NCBI GenBank assembly: GCA_964016885.1
Contig: OZ024745.1
Span: forward strand, 125,054,001 to 125,118,000
Reading direction: 5' to 3'
DNA length: 64,000 nt
Source: Eledone cirrhosa
Lineage: Eukaryota
Below the pieces are notes generated by a model, which saw only the letters and a program-made list of their open reading frames with translations, did no database searches and was not told the DNA's origin. The position numbers and the translations under genes were made by a program. This document shows, piece after piece, positions 27,015-42,974 of this stretch. The stretch's first letter is position 1. Each line of letters begins with the position of its first letter.

Positions 27015-27349
27015 GAAAAGAGCAACATTATTCATTAATTGAATTCACTGACCCGTTCATCACCGTGTTCGGCTTGACCTCGATACTTCAGCTCATTCTT
27101 ACTAACATTCGATTTGCTTGACCCCATCTTCTCTTCATTGCATTTCCACATCAATTATTCTATAACTAGGTTGTTGCTATTCATATATAAACTGACTGTT
27201 TATACTACGATCAAGTCTTGTTATAGCCTTGGGCTTAAGGAAATGCTTGTGTCGTCTTCAACAGTCTTCCATTATAATTGCAGCACCATTACAAGAACAT
27301 CAGAGTGATGCATTTAGGTAAGGGCGATAATTTGAGTAACTCTGACTAA

Positions 27350-28603
27350 TAAGTAATATCTTCACTTGATGAAAGCAGACTTTCCGGGAATCAGTCCTTA
27401 CTACTGGGATACGTGCGAATTTTCCACCAAAACGAAATGCACGAGGAGCTCCTCTTCACTCTGCCACAGATACTAAAGGTGCCACCATCTTTGAATATAT
27501 CAAGGGATACCTCGAAGAAAAAGAGATACCGCTTAACAATATTGTATCATGTGCTACGGACGGCGCAAGAGCATGGTCGGCCAACATAAGGGTTTCGTCT
27601 CTCTTCTGAAGAGGGAAAATCCATCTGTATTTGCTGTTCATTGTGTCATTCATCGACAACACTTGGCTGCGAAGAAACTCAGCGAGCCGCTGAGCAAGTC
27701 TTTGCAGGTAACCATTGATGTCATCAATTATATCAAACGCCATGCCCTCAATGACGAATTTTCCGGAAACCGTGCGAAGATAATGACGAAGAATTCGTCG
27801 AGTTGCTCCTTCATATTGAAGTGAGGTGGCTTTCAAAGGGCAAGTGCCTTACTCGCTTCTTTGAAATGTTCGACTCTATCAATCAGATTCTTCGAGGATG
27901 CAACACGGTACTTTAAAAAAAAACCTCGATGTGAGGCAAGACTGCGTCTACCTCGCCGAAATCTTCGACAAATGCAATAGCCTCATTATGGCTTTGCATG
28001 GAAAGAAGATCACCTCGTTTAAAGCAAGGAATGCTGTGAAAATATTCCTGGCCAAATTGAAAGTCATCGAAAGGAATCTTTGTCGACGGGAATTCCATAA
28101 TTTTTCTAGTGTCGCCAATGTTCAAAACATTGTGAGCAATGACCAACTCCAAATTCATACCGCGCACCTCCGTGCACTACAATACAAGATGAGAGAACGG
28201 TTTGTCGACCTTTTGCAGATGGACATCCCAATGTGGATAGTAGATCCCTTCATAGCTAACGTCGACGATTTGGACGTTAAATTTCAGGAAGAATTAATTG
28301 AACTTCAGATAGATGACATTATCAAAATTAAATTTTCCAAAAAAGGTGAACCCCTTTTTTTGGATGCAAGAGGAAATTCAGCGTCGATTTCCACTCCTAC
28401 ATGCAGAGGCTAAGAGATTTGCTTTGCCTTTTCCTAGCTCATACTTAGTCGAGAGGTGGTTTGACGCTGTTTCCAGACTGCATAGTAAGGCTCGCAACCG
28501 CTACAATGTGATTGTATGTGGAGATCTCCGACTACCTCTTACGAAAATCCAGCCTGACGTCAAAGAGTTAGCTAAACTCCATGAAGCTCAAGGGTCCCAT
28601 TGA
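27350..28603 (+). pseudogene. Buster/Charlie (SCAND3/ZBED8-like) hAT transposase, frameshifted
   Basis: TDTKGATIF...IPLNNIVSCATDGA; HCVIHRQHLAAK; LLLHIEVRWLSKGKCL; FPSSYLVER...GDLRLPLTKIQPD...HEAQGSH*. Confidence 0.93.
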
Positions 28604-30006
28604 AACGAGGTCAAAGTAAGTCGATTTTTTATTTGTAGTTGCAGTCTGACCGGACTGGAAACCATCTACCACAATTCACTTACTCATTTGTTGTATATAT
28701 TTTACCGTTTACTAATGAATATACCCTCTTACGTGGTCAAGAAAACACTCTTCCGTGGTCTCTAAGCTCACAAAGCGGAGGGGACATCAAGTTAGATATC
28801 AACATTTATTCTGTCCGTTTTCATTAAAGGGAAAATTGGAAAGCTATGAAATAATACAATTGCCACTTTCTTCCAGATAAGAGCACTCTTTGGATAGACA
28901 GAGTTGCTCTTGTATAAATGTTCAAAATAGCTGGTATCGTCTGGTGGGAACATAACAAATTCAACTGGTCCTTATTCATAAAAAAGAACATTTACGTTCC
29001 TTTTCTTTTTAAATATATATACTTCCTTTCAAGGAATATATTTATACTTTCAGCTGCCTGCAATGGTATCTTTGGAATATCGCTAATCAATTTTTTAGTA
29101 ATCTACTGATATCAAAATCAGTAGTATATTGAAAAATGGAAAAATATGGTAGGGGGCGTTTCGTGATTTCGAGGAGCAAAAGGGAGCGTTTGGCCGAAAT
29201 GGATTGAGAGCCTTTGATTTAAACCAAGTAAACCTTGGATTTCCGCCATATGGTGAGTATCTATTTTCCGTAGCAGCAATCTACTTGTAATGCCTTGTTG
29301 TATTCTATTTTAGATCCAGACCATAGAAAATATATCAACTGCTTGTGACAGATGGTTCAGAGTTCCTGTTCTTTTCTGACTTTAGATTCTAAGCAACCGG
29401 GTAGTTGGCTCATGTAAGCTATAGCAATTCCTCATACGTCAAATTCCTTTGGAATTATTATGCGTTAGTAACTCATGTCAGCTCTGTAGTGTTGTTATAC
29501 ATCCTCATATTCTACTCGAGCTGTTCATCTAATTGGCTCCCATCAGGGACTGTCAGCTTAACCAGAATGACTCCGGCACCTAACTCTGACCACAAGACTG
29601 GCTTTGACAATTTCTGGTGGTGTATTCAGTATAATTCTTACGCCAGTCTAGGAGATCGGCAAATATTGCCCATTCTCTCTTTAGATCAAGCAGGTTATAT
29701 TCAAGCACATCTACGTATATTTGTACCTAAATGTATCGTTTAGATAACCTGTCAACAATCTGTGCAATTATCGTTCACTATTTGTTCACATGAAATATAA
29801 AATAATACAACCTTACTTCTTCTCCACTTGATTCTTACAACTTCTCTTACTGCATGATTGCCGTTTCACAAATCGACCCAGTTGCTATAATTGTGCCTTG
29901 TGCCAAAGAAAACAAACGCAAATGAAAGAATAACCTATTATCGAAGAAGAACCTATATTGTGGAAATGATTAAATATGTTAACGCAATTTAGCAACATTA
30001 TTATAT

Positions 30007-30198
30007 CGGTGGATTGGCAGTATCGGTAGAGGGTCGGACGTCATGATTTGACGCATAGAGTTACGGCCCTTGCCATTCTGAGTTCAAATCCCGCCGAGGT
30101 GAACTTTGCCTTACATCCTTACGGGGTCTATAAAATAAAGAACCAGTAATGGACTGGGATAATTGCTGGCCTTGTGCCAAAAGTAGAAACAATTATTA
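30007..30198 (+). mobile_element. SINE (Meta/MESC-like), near full length
   Basis: A-box-like tggcagtatcggtag, B-box gagttcaaatccc, core gccttacatccttacggggtc, tail ggccttgtgccaaaagtagaaacaattatta. Confidence 0.9.
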
Positions 30199-30217
30199 TA
30201 TATGTTCTTATCATATA

Positions 30218-30405
30218 GGCGGTGGATTGGAAGTATCGGTAGAGGGTCGGACGCCATGCTTTGACGCATAGAGTTACGGCCCTTGCCATTCTGAGTTCAA
30301 ATCCTGCCGAAGTTAACTTTAGCTTTCATTCTTACGGGGTCGATAAAATAAAGCACCAGTAATGCAGTGGGATGATTGCTGGCTTTTTGCCAAAAGTAGA
30401 AACAA
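30218..30405 (+). mobile_element. SINE (Meta/MESC-like), tandem copy
   Basis: Same head, core and tail as 30007-30198. Confidence 0.9.
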
Positions 30406-31596
30406 TCCTATATTTTCTTTCATTACTGTGAATGTAGATATGTTCCATTTTTAGTCATTCTGAATGAATATTGTATAAGTGAAACTTAGGAAATCTTGAA
30501 CGTATTCAGAGAAATCAAGTTATTGTAAATGTTTTCTTTTTTTAAAATATGATTTGCAAAACATTTAGTTGAAATCAATTAATCTTTTATTTAATAACTT
30601 GAACACAATGTTTTCCTCTCTCCCTGTATAGATTTGTATTTAACTTCATATTTATTTATCCAATATTGTATAATACTAACGTAAAACAGTTTATTGAATA
30701 CTACATGTAATGTATAGGCATCTTTATTTTATATAGAAATGGCATCTAATAATTTTATTTTATTTGAGATATCTCAGAGCTGTAAGAAACAAGAATAAAT
30801 GTATTGTTAACTATACATTGGCCAAACATACAGAAAATAAAAGCAGCATTGGAAATGACTCTACATGCCATAAATAAGAGGAAAAAAATGCAGAAAATGA
30901 GGACTATTAAGCAAAGGAAGTAAGAAAGAGGGAAGTCGGAGACAGTGATAGACTTTACATCTAGGTCAGAACGGTCTTTCGGCTTCTCTCAGTGGCCGTT
31001 ATTGTTGGATTCATTGGTTTCGTACGTTAGCTCAAATTTATGAATTTATAGAACAGTTATAATGATAATTAATTTCTAATTTAGAGACAAGACAAGGATA
31101 CGTGTATGAAGAGTGCAGTGTGTTAAAACAACCACAGTCATTTATTGCTAGTTTATTTTAGAGGATAAAAAGCATGCCTCGATGCGATTTCCACTCAGAA
31201 TGTTAAGAAGCAGAACACATACACCAAAGGAGTTTTATCTGCCACTTTGTCAGTCCTTCCAGTCTGCCAATTTAGATTCTAATACATGACTACAAGGACG
31301 AAAACCCTGATTCAAATATCGTAGAGTCTATAGCTAATTAGTGCAATTTGCATGATCAGAAAGCATATTTTATTGATTGATGTGAAGCAAACAGACCTCG
31401 TCCTCAGGATCCAGAGAATACATCAGACACCAACACATTATATATTTGCAGAATGCTAATAGTAGATTCATGGCTGAGTGATTCTTCCATAGTCCGAGCA
31501 GTTTCAAAACCATTTGATTGTGTTTGGTAGATTTATAATAATTTCTGTATTAATATTGCTAAAAACTATCTTCTTTAAAGCGTCGTTATTAGTGGT

Positions 31597-31597
31597 T

Positions 31598-31659
<62 letters not shown>

Positions 31660-31686
31660 GCTACTACTGCTACTACTACAACAACA

Positions 31687-31753
<67 letters not shown>
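31597..31753. repeat. (CTA)n microsatellite
   Basis: Direct reading. Confidence 0.97.
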
Positions 31754-31754
<1 letters not shown>

Positions 31755-31949
31755 CATTTTCAACTATTTTTACTTATTTATGTCTGGCACAGCAAATGGT
31801 GAGTGAATTTATCAAAATATAATCCTTAGCACCATAAAACGCTACACATGCAGAAAACATACATACACAAAGACACAACATTACTAATTTTTCATTTTTG
31901 TTGCTTTTTTATGTTGACATGGGTAAAAGGTGTCCATAATATTTATCTC

Positions 31950-32700
31950 TGCCACATTTAATCCTTCTCTTCTATCACATTTTTTGCAATAAATCCAAGC
32001 TTTCTAAGATTCAACAGGAAATGAATTAGTAGAGTTGAATGACATTAAATGGATAAAAGCAAAAGCAAAAAATATAAATAGTAATATCAAAGTAGAATAT
32101 TAGATAAAACATTCTAAATCCCATTGTATCCCACTGTAAACTGAAGCGTTGAAAGGAATATAATAAAAGTTAGAGAAAAACGATTCTTTCAAACAGCTAT
32201 ATTCTCTTTTAAAATGTATTTTATAAACGACATATACACATACTAAATACCTATTTTTTCTCCTAAGGAATCATACATTATGGCTGTCAAAACATATTCA
32301 CTTGTCATAATTCAAGTAACACCGGGAGTACCTAAGGATTTTCAGCTTAGATATAGTATGGTGTCATTTAAATAATGATAGATATATCTTCACTTGGATA
32401 GAGATTTAATACCTTCGTAGAAGACTAGTTACTTATACCTGACAGCTAAGAAACGTCTGATATGCTAAAACATGTATGCTCCCTACAGCATACAATTGAC
32501 ATATGTTCTAGAGAAAATATCCTTACAAAGGGTTACTAATCGTTCATTATTATAAACAAATATACATTTTAGATGTGTTCAAACTTAACACAGGTTGAAG
32601 GTATGCCATCTTCGTTTGGAATATTTAAACCTAAATTCAATATCAGGAGTATTTATGATGTGCGGATCTAATTCTTAAGTAATCTGGTCTATCACTGCTA
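31950..32700 (+). pseudogene. Highly decayed CR1/L2-type RT remnant
   Basis: IVSHCKL (cf. VPHxKL), VTPGVPKD (cf. VTSGVPQG) and FVED (cf. FADD), in the expected order. Confidence 0.35.
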
Positions 32701-32834
32701 TTTCAATCCAATAAACAAATATCAGTTGCCAACCGTAACAGTAACAATTATATATTTCACAACAGATACAACTGCACACTATTTCCTATATATAAAAACG
32801 TATGTATATATGTATACATACAAACATATGTATA

Positions 32835-32874
<40 letters not shown>

Positions 32875-32875
<1 letters not shown>

Positions 32876-33060
32876 CGAAGGAAATGTGGTAAGGAACCAG
32901 GTGGACCATAACGCACCAAAGTACTCAATACTTGAGGTAGTAGAGTGGGTAATAGGAACCAGTAAGACCCCGACAGCTGAGCTCAAGCCGTTTCGACGGC
33001 TAATTGTCCAGAATTAGCCGTCGAAACGGCTTGAGCTCAGCTGTCGGGGTCTTACTGGTT

Positions 33061-33064
<4 letters not shown>
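32875..33064. mobile_element. Fold-back cassette family B, copy 3
   Basis: Tail, perfect arms 32952-33005 / 33012-33064, loop gtccag. (TA)n flanks. Confidence 0.9.
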
Positions 33065-33102
<38 letters not shown>

Positions 33103-33141
33103 AAATATAAAACTATCAAATTATAGTTTAATACATTTAAT

Positions 33142-33187
33142 TGCTGACAATTGTTTCTTCCAGACGAACGTCTGGCTCATCGGAGCA
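33142..33187 (-). ncRNA. Minimal type I hammerhead, CCGAUGA core variant
   Basis: Minus strand: tgct-CCGATGA-g ccagacg tt cgtctgg aa-GAAA-c aatt g-TC-agca. Confidence 0.7.
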
Positions 33188-33621
33188 TACACAATGTTTA
33201 AACAGGTAATTAAAATCCTAGTCTTCAGAACATTTATATAGGTACATAACTATTTACAGTGTCAGTGACATCATATAGAAAATAAGGAGTAACAAAAAGG
33301 TGTAATGCTACAGAAATCAGAGTATAAGGAGCAATGGTGGAAAGTGAAATATTGAGCATATTATATATAAAGATAATTTAAGGTAATTGATGTGCAAAAG
33401 ATACAAGCAAAAAAGATGTAAGAGAAGATAGATATAATAGCATTGAAATGCAGGTAATGGAAATGGTATATAATGCAAAATTTAATAAAATTTATAAAGG
33501 AATGCATGAGGTAAGTGTTATATATAGATGTATATTAGCATTGGGGCTCTGAAAAATAATATTTTTTTTCTTCAGTGTGATCTATCCCTGGTGGTAGGGT
33601 CCGTAACGTAGATAAAACTCA

Positions 33622-34431
<810 letters not shown>

Positions 34432-34732
34432 ACTTTGACCAACCAGTTAAGTGTCGCGACATTATTCTACTCTACGAGCGTTTCAATGGAGGAGGGCCAG
34501 CCGTGTCTCATTATATATACCGGCCGCCGGTCCGCCGTTCTACATATCTTCAGGAACATAAATAAATTCAAATATAACTTAACACACACACACACACACA
34601 CTCAAACATACACACATACATATATATATATATATATTATATATATATATATATATACATATATGTATGTGCACACACATATATATATATATATATGAAA
34701 CACAGACCCTATATATATATATATATATATAG

Positions 34733-35470
34733 TGTCTGTTTTTCTTTTTCTTTCCCTTCTTTGTTTCATCAAAGTGACATTATTGTAAATAATTACCAAG
34801 AATTAACAACTAAAACTTAAAGATTTAAAATTAGTGTTGGAGTAAGTCTTTTATCATCTTCCTTGCTCAGAAGGGGACTGGAGAATGAGCTCTTTTGTAT
34901 AGAGAGTGAGGTGTGCCGTCATGATAGTAGCAGCAGTGTTGGTAGTTGTGTTTCTTCACAAAACAAAATTGTTTTGGGGGAGGCAAAGTAAATATTCTGT
35001 AAATATGTGTTGTATATCTGATTGTGTTAATTGACTGGTCTTGGCGAGGGGGATGGGGAATTGTAAGCTAGAGACAAATTCTATGACAAGGAAATTATAT
35101 TATTGGAATAAGGTTTTAGGGAGTGTGTATATATAACAAAATACACGCATATATGGCGGAGGGGTGCGTGTGTGTTTCAGCCTGTCTCTCACAGGAAAGT
35201 ACTTACTCCAACACTTAATTTTAAATCTTTAATTTTTAGTTTTTAATTTTTATTAATCCTTTCTAATTGTAATACCCATCATTTGATAAGATGAATTTTA
35301 ATAATACATCGAAACCGGTTATACTTTATATACATTACAAAACTCTGTTTTTAAAAGAATTGTCCCTCTCATTTTTCAATAATGTCACTTTGATGAATCA
35401 ACGAAAGCAAAAAAAGAAAAACAGGACCTAATACACATATTTTTTTCCGTGCTATCTCGAACTTTAACTT
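34733..35470. mobile_element. Larger PLE fold-back insertion related to the 7640-8650 terminus
   Basis: Inverted arms 34733-34848 vs 35201-35427 (left arm internally deleted). Decayed HHR TTGATAA-gatg...catc-GAAAccggTT at 35283-35320. (TA)n flanks. Confidence 0.7.
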
Positions 35471-35473
35471 TTA

Positions 35474-35506
<33 letters not shown>

Positions 35507-35695
35507 GTAGATAAATCTACCAAGAGTTTACGGTAGTGTCCAATCCGTATGAAGAACTCAATGTATTCCGGATATCATGGAAAGAAGAGATGTAATGAAA
35601 ATCCACTTTCGGTGAAAGATAAACGGTATACAGAGTCAAGATAAAATATTAAACAATTAATGAATAAACAATTCCTTATATTAAACAAAAAAAGT

Positions 35696-35848
35696 TCATT
35701 ATTTAACGATCGTTTCTAGGGTATATATGTGTTATAATTGGTATGCATATTCAACAGATCTATGTACAAAATTATACAAAATTATACAAATTATCAAGAT
35801 TAAATATACATACCTAACACATATATACGCCGTCTTCAGAAATAATGA
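35696..35848 (-). ncRNA. Type I hammerhead with extended stem-loop II (family E)
   Basis: Minus strand: tcattattt-CTGAAGA-cggc gtatatatgtgtta [80 nt] taacacatatatac ccta-GAAA-c gatc g-TT-aaataatga. 9-bp stem I, 14-bp stem II. Confidence 0.8.
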
Positions 35849-36429
35849 AGTATATTTATTGATAATAACAACAATTCAAAATATCAGTTCAAAATTGACC
35901 AATGAAAACACAAAGGGTTAAAAGCAGTTCGGTGTGTGTATATACATGTAAAATCCTTACACATATTTTACAATAATGTGTGTATAATTTGTATGCGCAT
36001 ACTAAAAAGATGGATGCAAACACAAAATTTCAAGGTTAATATCTCTGTAAGCTTAATGCGCTGATAAGATGCGCATTGATACTTATGGAGTCAAGCATAT
36101 AAATATATTTTTTCATACTCACACATATCAGTATAATCACACATACATGCGCGTATATGCATAAATATACACATAACCACGAACATACAAACACACACAC
36201 TCCCCCACTCACATTTATATATGTGGATATAAAATCATAAGCACATAGAAATTAAGTCACTCACATAAAACACTGGCACACACATTTCAAGATCAAGATA
36301 CAGAAATTAGGTGGGAGGGGGGGGAGGGGTCAGTATTCAATTGTCTGAGCAGACTGCCTAATATAAATGTATCTATAAATTAAGAAAAATAAAAAAATAA
36401 AAACAATAAAATATAATAAATATAATATA

Positions 36430-36668
36430 ATGTACATACACATACAGATATATATACACATACCTACATGTACGCGCACATAGAGATATTTACGCATACA
36501 CACATACACACATACATATACAGTCATACACACACATACACTTACACGAACATACACATACACATATAAAAAGATATATATATACACACACACACGCGCA
36601 ACACATACACACATACACATATATATAAAAAATAGATAATAAAGATATATATCCATATATATATATAT

Positions 36669-36725
<57 letters not shown>

Positions 36726-36812
36726 TACACATACATACACATACATCTAAATATACATACACATACATACACACATACATGTACATACATGTACATACAT
36801 ATACGCACATCG

Positions 36813-36860
<48 letters not shown>

Positions 36861-37180
36861 TCACATAGACATAAAGATACATACACACACAACATACATA
36901 CACACGCATATATATATATATATAGATGTACCTTCATACATAGAATTAGATATATAATCATACATACATATGCACCTACTTATACTCATATAAATAAATA
37001 CATACGCTTCCATATATGTGTATATACATAAAAAACAATACAACCTCACCAAACTCAGACATACAAATGAAAATAATAATAAAAAGGCATATGTATATAC
37101 ATACACACACGCATTAATAGAGATATACATATATACACACATACATACACATATATATATACATACACACACACATATAT

Positions 37181-37237
<57 letters not shown>

Positions 37238-37715
37238 TAGACTCATATATATATATATATATACATATATACATAAACATATATATCCACACACTCATAC
37301 CACCATAAATACACATACAAACACCCACATGTATATATATATATATATATCTATATACACACACGTATACACATATATATACATATACACATATACATAC
37401 ATATATACACACATATAAAAAACAGACATGCACATATATATATATATATATATTTCATTATTCTTATATATACACATATTATATATACATACACAACCTC
37501 ACTTATACACATATACACATAAGTTATATTACAATAATAATAAAGAATAATATACATATATATATATACATATACATATATATATATATATATATATACA
37601 TACATACATACACATACATACATACACATAAATATATACATACATAAATACACACATACGAATAAAGACATATATTCACACGTAGACACCTATATATATA
37701 TATATATATATATCA

Positions 37716-37750
<35 letters not shown>

Positions 37751-38200
37751 CACACATACACACACACACACACACACAGACACACATACACACTCACATA
37801 TATATATATATATATGTGTATGTGAGTGTGCGCACACACACATATATACACACACACATACAAACACACACAAACACATACATATGCATACGTGCACACA
37901 CACACACATATATCACATAGATACGAAGATAAACATATAAATAGAGAGACATACATATATATACACAACACACATACACATACATACATACACGCATATA
38001 CATATACATACATATATACACATATATATATTCCTATATATACAAGCATACACATACATACACATATATACACATACATACACATATACATACAACACAT
38101 TCACATACACATACATATATAATACATATATATACATATATATACATACATATGTATGTACAATCATATATACACACACAATCTTACATTCATATTTGCA
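36430..38200. repeat. ~1.8 kb degenerate (CA)/(TA) low-complexity tract
   Basis: Direct reading. Confidence 0.95.
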
Positions 38201-38866
38201 TGCTCATATATGTATTTTTATATTTAGATATAAATACCCAAACCTATATAGACACCTACCTACATATATATTCATACATAGACGCTTACAAATACAGATG
38301 ATAATAGTATGGGGGAAAGAGGGGGTTTGGAGAAGGGGATCAAAGTAAATATATGTTTCAAGAAACATATAATATTTTCCGTATCTTAATTCAATGTATG
38401 TTCTTACATATTTTCAGTGCTAGGAAATACGAAATCTATGCATCTCAAAATAAATAAGTATACCATTAATCATATGTTAACTAAACCAAAGATAGTCAAC
38501 ATATTGATTTCTAAGGTGTAAATTAGTTAGGTTTATAATATTTGAAGCAGAATTTTGAAGTCAAACAGTAGTAGATTATTAATTACATTATAACTAAATT
38601 AAAGTTAATAACGTTATGGTATCAATATTAGGAGATGAATTTAGTAATAGGGAAAAGAAACCCAAATAAAAATAAAATAAAGTATTACATCGGTAGTAGC
38701 ATATAAATTATATGTTAACTAAATTAAAAATTATATATTTATTTCAATAGTATACGTTAATTAGTATATGTTAATTAGGTATACAATACATAAAGCAGAT
38801 ATTGTATTTCATCAATAGCATAATGTAATTATATGCAAATAGAAATCAAAATTAATATATATTTTA

Positions 38867-38908
<42 letters not shown>

Positions 38909-39427
38909 TAAAATAGTATATTGTTCAAAACTTATGAAATACTTATTCCTCGCCAAAAGAACAACACATTATTGGTCATTAGAATATATTATTTCAAACA
39001 ACAAATGATAGATTGATTAAATATTTCATATTTAACATGTATGACGATTGACATCACAGAAAATAGGGTAATCACATAACACATACTGGAAATCATAATC
39101 AAAATCAGTAACCAGTGAATGACTCGAAAAAGCTGCAATCGCCTATTTTGTTATTTTCCTAGATAATATTGTATTGCTTTTTTTTTTCGGGTGATTTATA
39201 GTTTATTGCTCTGATTGTTAAGCTTCGGGGGAAATCTATGTTGAAGTCTTGACCATGCTGTATTTTCAGACACAGCTCATCTCAGCCTACAATATCCAAT
39301 GAGTCCATCGTATGTGTTATATTTGGTAATGTTGTTGCTGTTGTTGTTTTAGTATAAGAGAATCTAAATACTGACAGACTTGGATACTATTTCTTGTAAC
39401 TCGAGCGGTCACATTATTAGTTTTAGG

Positions 39428-39540
39428 GAGGGCGGTGAATTATAGTATCGGTAGAGGGTTGGATTCCATGCTTCCTAGCATAGTTAAGTCCCTTTACTGG
39501 GTAATTGGTGGCCTTGTGCCAAATGTAGAAACAATTATTA
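39428..39540 (+). mobile_element. SINE, internally deleted
   Basis: Head ggcggtgaattatagtatcggtagaggg joined to tail ggccttgtgccaaatgtagaaacaattatta. Confidence 0.75.
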
Positions 39541-39689
39541 GTTTGGAGAAATTCTCAACGTGTGGGTTCAATGCAGGACAATAAAAAATATAATTTATCA
39601 GTTGTGCTTTTCATTGACTGTTTCACACGTTTCTTATAGATTCTATCTGTATATATGAAAATGATGATAAAAAAGGGTTTGAAAAGAGC

Positions 39690-39737
<48 letters not shown>

Positions 39738-40189
39738 GATCTTTATAACATGTATGAAAGATGATGTAAGCAATCCATCTCTCTCCGTTTAGGATATTCA
39801 AACATTTGTTATTAGGTTGTTCTTTTTTCGTTATAACTCCTGCATGTTGATTTTCGACCAAATTATTATACATGATATATAGTGGTAAAATATTTCGTGT
39901 GAGCTTAATCGTCTTTGCCCTCCTCACAAATTTTTGGATTTGCGTCTACATTAGAAATAATTTCATGTAAATTATACTGTACTCAGCTCCTTTTAGGTAA
40001 GCAAGTTTCAGTTCGAGGGGGATCATATCACTCATTATTGTAGATCACGGGATTGTAAAAAAGCCTATTTTGTTGCAGCTTCTGACAAGTTGTGACGAAT
40101 GCTTGAAACAGATCCAACTGATGTTTCCGTTTAAATACTTAATATATAAGGGTAATGATAGTTGTTTCATTATTTATGAGGCTTATGAG

Positions 40190-40319
40190 ATCAAATACCG
40201 CCTTTCATCCGGGGTCGATAAGATAAAGTACCAGTCACACACTGGGGTCGATTTCATAAACTTTCACCTACCCCACAAAATTGTTGGTCTCGGGCCTATA
40301 TAAGAAACCATTATTATTA
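40190..40319 (+). mobile_element. SINE 3' half
   Basis: gcctttcatccggggtcgataagataaagtaccagtc...agaaaccattattatta. Confidence 0.75.
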
Positions 40320-41431
40320 AGCTTATGGTGAAGAAGACTGAAGTAATGTGGAGGGAAGATGGGGGTAACATAAGCTGTTATTTAATGCATGTCCTGTATT
40401 AAAAAAGGTATAGTTTAACTGATAGTTCCTTTCTTCATTTTATTTTTCTAATGTTACGTTGCTTCTCATGGGCAAGTATAAGCGCTGTAATGAATCAGTC
40501 CAAAACCCAGTCAGTCCAAAACACAAAGAATACCCAAAATGCGAATACTGACGAAATATTAAAATGATTCCGAATAACTTTAGCATCCTCATATTTCAGA
40601 GAAATACATTATGTAAGATAAATACAGTATATAAATATTTCATTCAGAGACAAATGAAACATTTTGCCCCGTTCTACAACACCATGTCCAACCTCTTTCA
40701 AATGTACATAGATACTTATATAGCAACAGATAATTGCTGAAGCACATACTTAAAATTGTTATCACGTAACTCAGATGAATACAAACACACAATATTCTAA
40801 TGAAATAGCAATAGTATTTTCCCACTTTGACAACAACTGAACAACTCGATAATTATAAGTTACCTCCCCTACATTGTCTCTCAATTAAAATTTTTTAAAT
40901 TAGCACTTAACTATAAACACTCACAATTTCTAATCTCTCGAGAAGTTACTTCCCCTGAAACCACCCCCTAATTAGTAAGGTAAATATGCCCTTTGGTAGC
41001 CATATTGTTACCCATAGGCACATCTCACACAATGCAGCCTCGACAGATGAATACTGCTTGATTATGGCTGACAACTGATGCAACCAAGACACCATAGTAA
41101 AAACCAATATATGGAACACTATATTATGTAACATTATCCCATTATTTTAATTTATATTCCTTTGAAGTTCCGATGAGCCACTCTGTTTTTTATATATGTT
41201 AATTATTTTCAACTGAACCAGATCAATTATGATATATAATCATCTGATCCAGAAATATCATATGGAGTAGCGTAACAATTGTAAACGGACATTATTATTA
41301 TTAATATTATTATTATTATTCTCTACATTCCTTACATCAAACTAAAATATGTTGACAATCTTTTAATAATGTCTTCCTTGTGAAGTTTGTGGCCTTGTTT
41401 TGCTTAACTAATGAATATATATATGTATATA

Positions 41432-41507
<76 letters not shown>

Positions 41508-41510
<3 letters not shown>

Positions 41511-41723
41511 GTAGAACGCTGGAAGGTAATATCCGTAGTGGTAGACCACTCAGTCGATGGGACAAGTTAGGTAGAAGTGGTTACACAACAGTTAGTTCAC
41601 CATACCGAGAACAATTGTTTCACATTAGCGGATCCTCAGCTCGTAATGGACACTACCAGCTGAGGATCCGGTAAGGTGAAACAATTGTTCTCGGTATGGT
41701 GAACTAACTTTTGTGTAACAACT

Positions 41724-41728
<5 letters not shown>
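41508..41728. mobile_element. HHR fold-back cassette family D with two opposed ribozymes
   Basis: ~65 bp tail, arms about 41572-41640 / 41659-41728. HHR on minus (41603-41645) and on plus (41654-41696: taccag-CTGAGGA-tccggtaaggt-GAAA-caattg-TT-ctcggta). Confidence 0.85.
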
Positions 41729-41792
<64 letters not shown>

Positions 41793-41919
41793 TTATTGAA
41801 GTTCAAATAATTAGAGAAAATATAAATGGAAATATAACGATACACTATACACAACACAATACCACACTTAAAGACTTATAATGAATGTGTAGCTGCTATT
41901 GTTTCAGAAGACGACAACG

Positions 41920-42145
41920 ATGATGTTGATGATTATCACCATAATCATAGTCACCATTATCAACATTATGACGATTGGGAAGTCGTTGATAGCAATTAGG
42001 AAAATGATGATGATGATCAATGATGATGATCATGATGAGGATGATGTTGATCATCATCGTCATCATAATGGTGATGATGATGATGATGATGATATTATGA
42101 TGAAGATGATCATAATGAGGATGATGATGAACATGATGATGATGT
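41920..42145. repeat. Degenerate (GAT)n tract
   Basis: Direct reading. Confidence 0.85.
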
Positions 42146-42312
42146 TTAACTAAACCATTTCTTCATTAGATTCAAGGAAGTGTAGATATGGGTTATTGTT
42201 TACAACACATTGAAAAATCAATACCAACATCTCTACAACCACCATATTTGAAATCGATAAGCAACGAAAATATATGCCGACACATACGCAATCACACACA
42301 CAAACACACACA

Positions 42313-42348
<36 letters not shown>

Positions 42349-42594
42349 TACAAAAATAAACAAGTGCATACATACATATGTACATACATAAATCTGTTGT
42401 CCGTCTCGTCAACACTATGCTAAGAAGTGATTTCAAAAGATACACACTTCTCAACAAAATCATGTTTTATATTTAATAAGTTTTGGTTTATTATTGTGTT
42501 CTAGTATTGACGTTTGGTTTGGTTGTCTGGTGTGTTTCATCATTAAAACAACTTTTACTGCTGCTGCTACAACAACACCAACAAAAACAACAAC

Positions 42595-42945
<351 letters not shown>

Positions 42946-42974
42946 TAATAATGATAATAATGATAATAAAAATA

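Larger units (their letters stand above)
23389..29216 (+). mobile_element. hAT Buster/Charlie-type DNA transposon with multiple nested insertions
   Basis: TIRs ctaaggttctcaat (from 23389) and attgagagcctttg (to 29216). Perfect 8-bp TSD ATTTAAAC at 23381-23388 and 29217-29224. Subterminal GGGGCGTT-like repeats at both ends. Transposase relic at 27350-28603. Confidence 0.9.

Noticed and set aside
30007-30100. tRNA-like A/B boxes
   Set aside because: SINE head. No cloverleaf, and it continues into the SINE core in many copies.
38862-38915. Short inverted flanks around (TA)n (ttttatgca...tgcataaaa)
   Set aside because: Only about 11 bp; most simply local fold-back slippage at the microsatellite.
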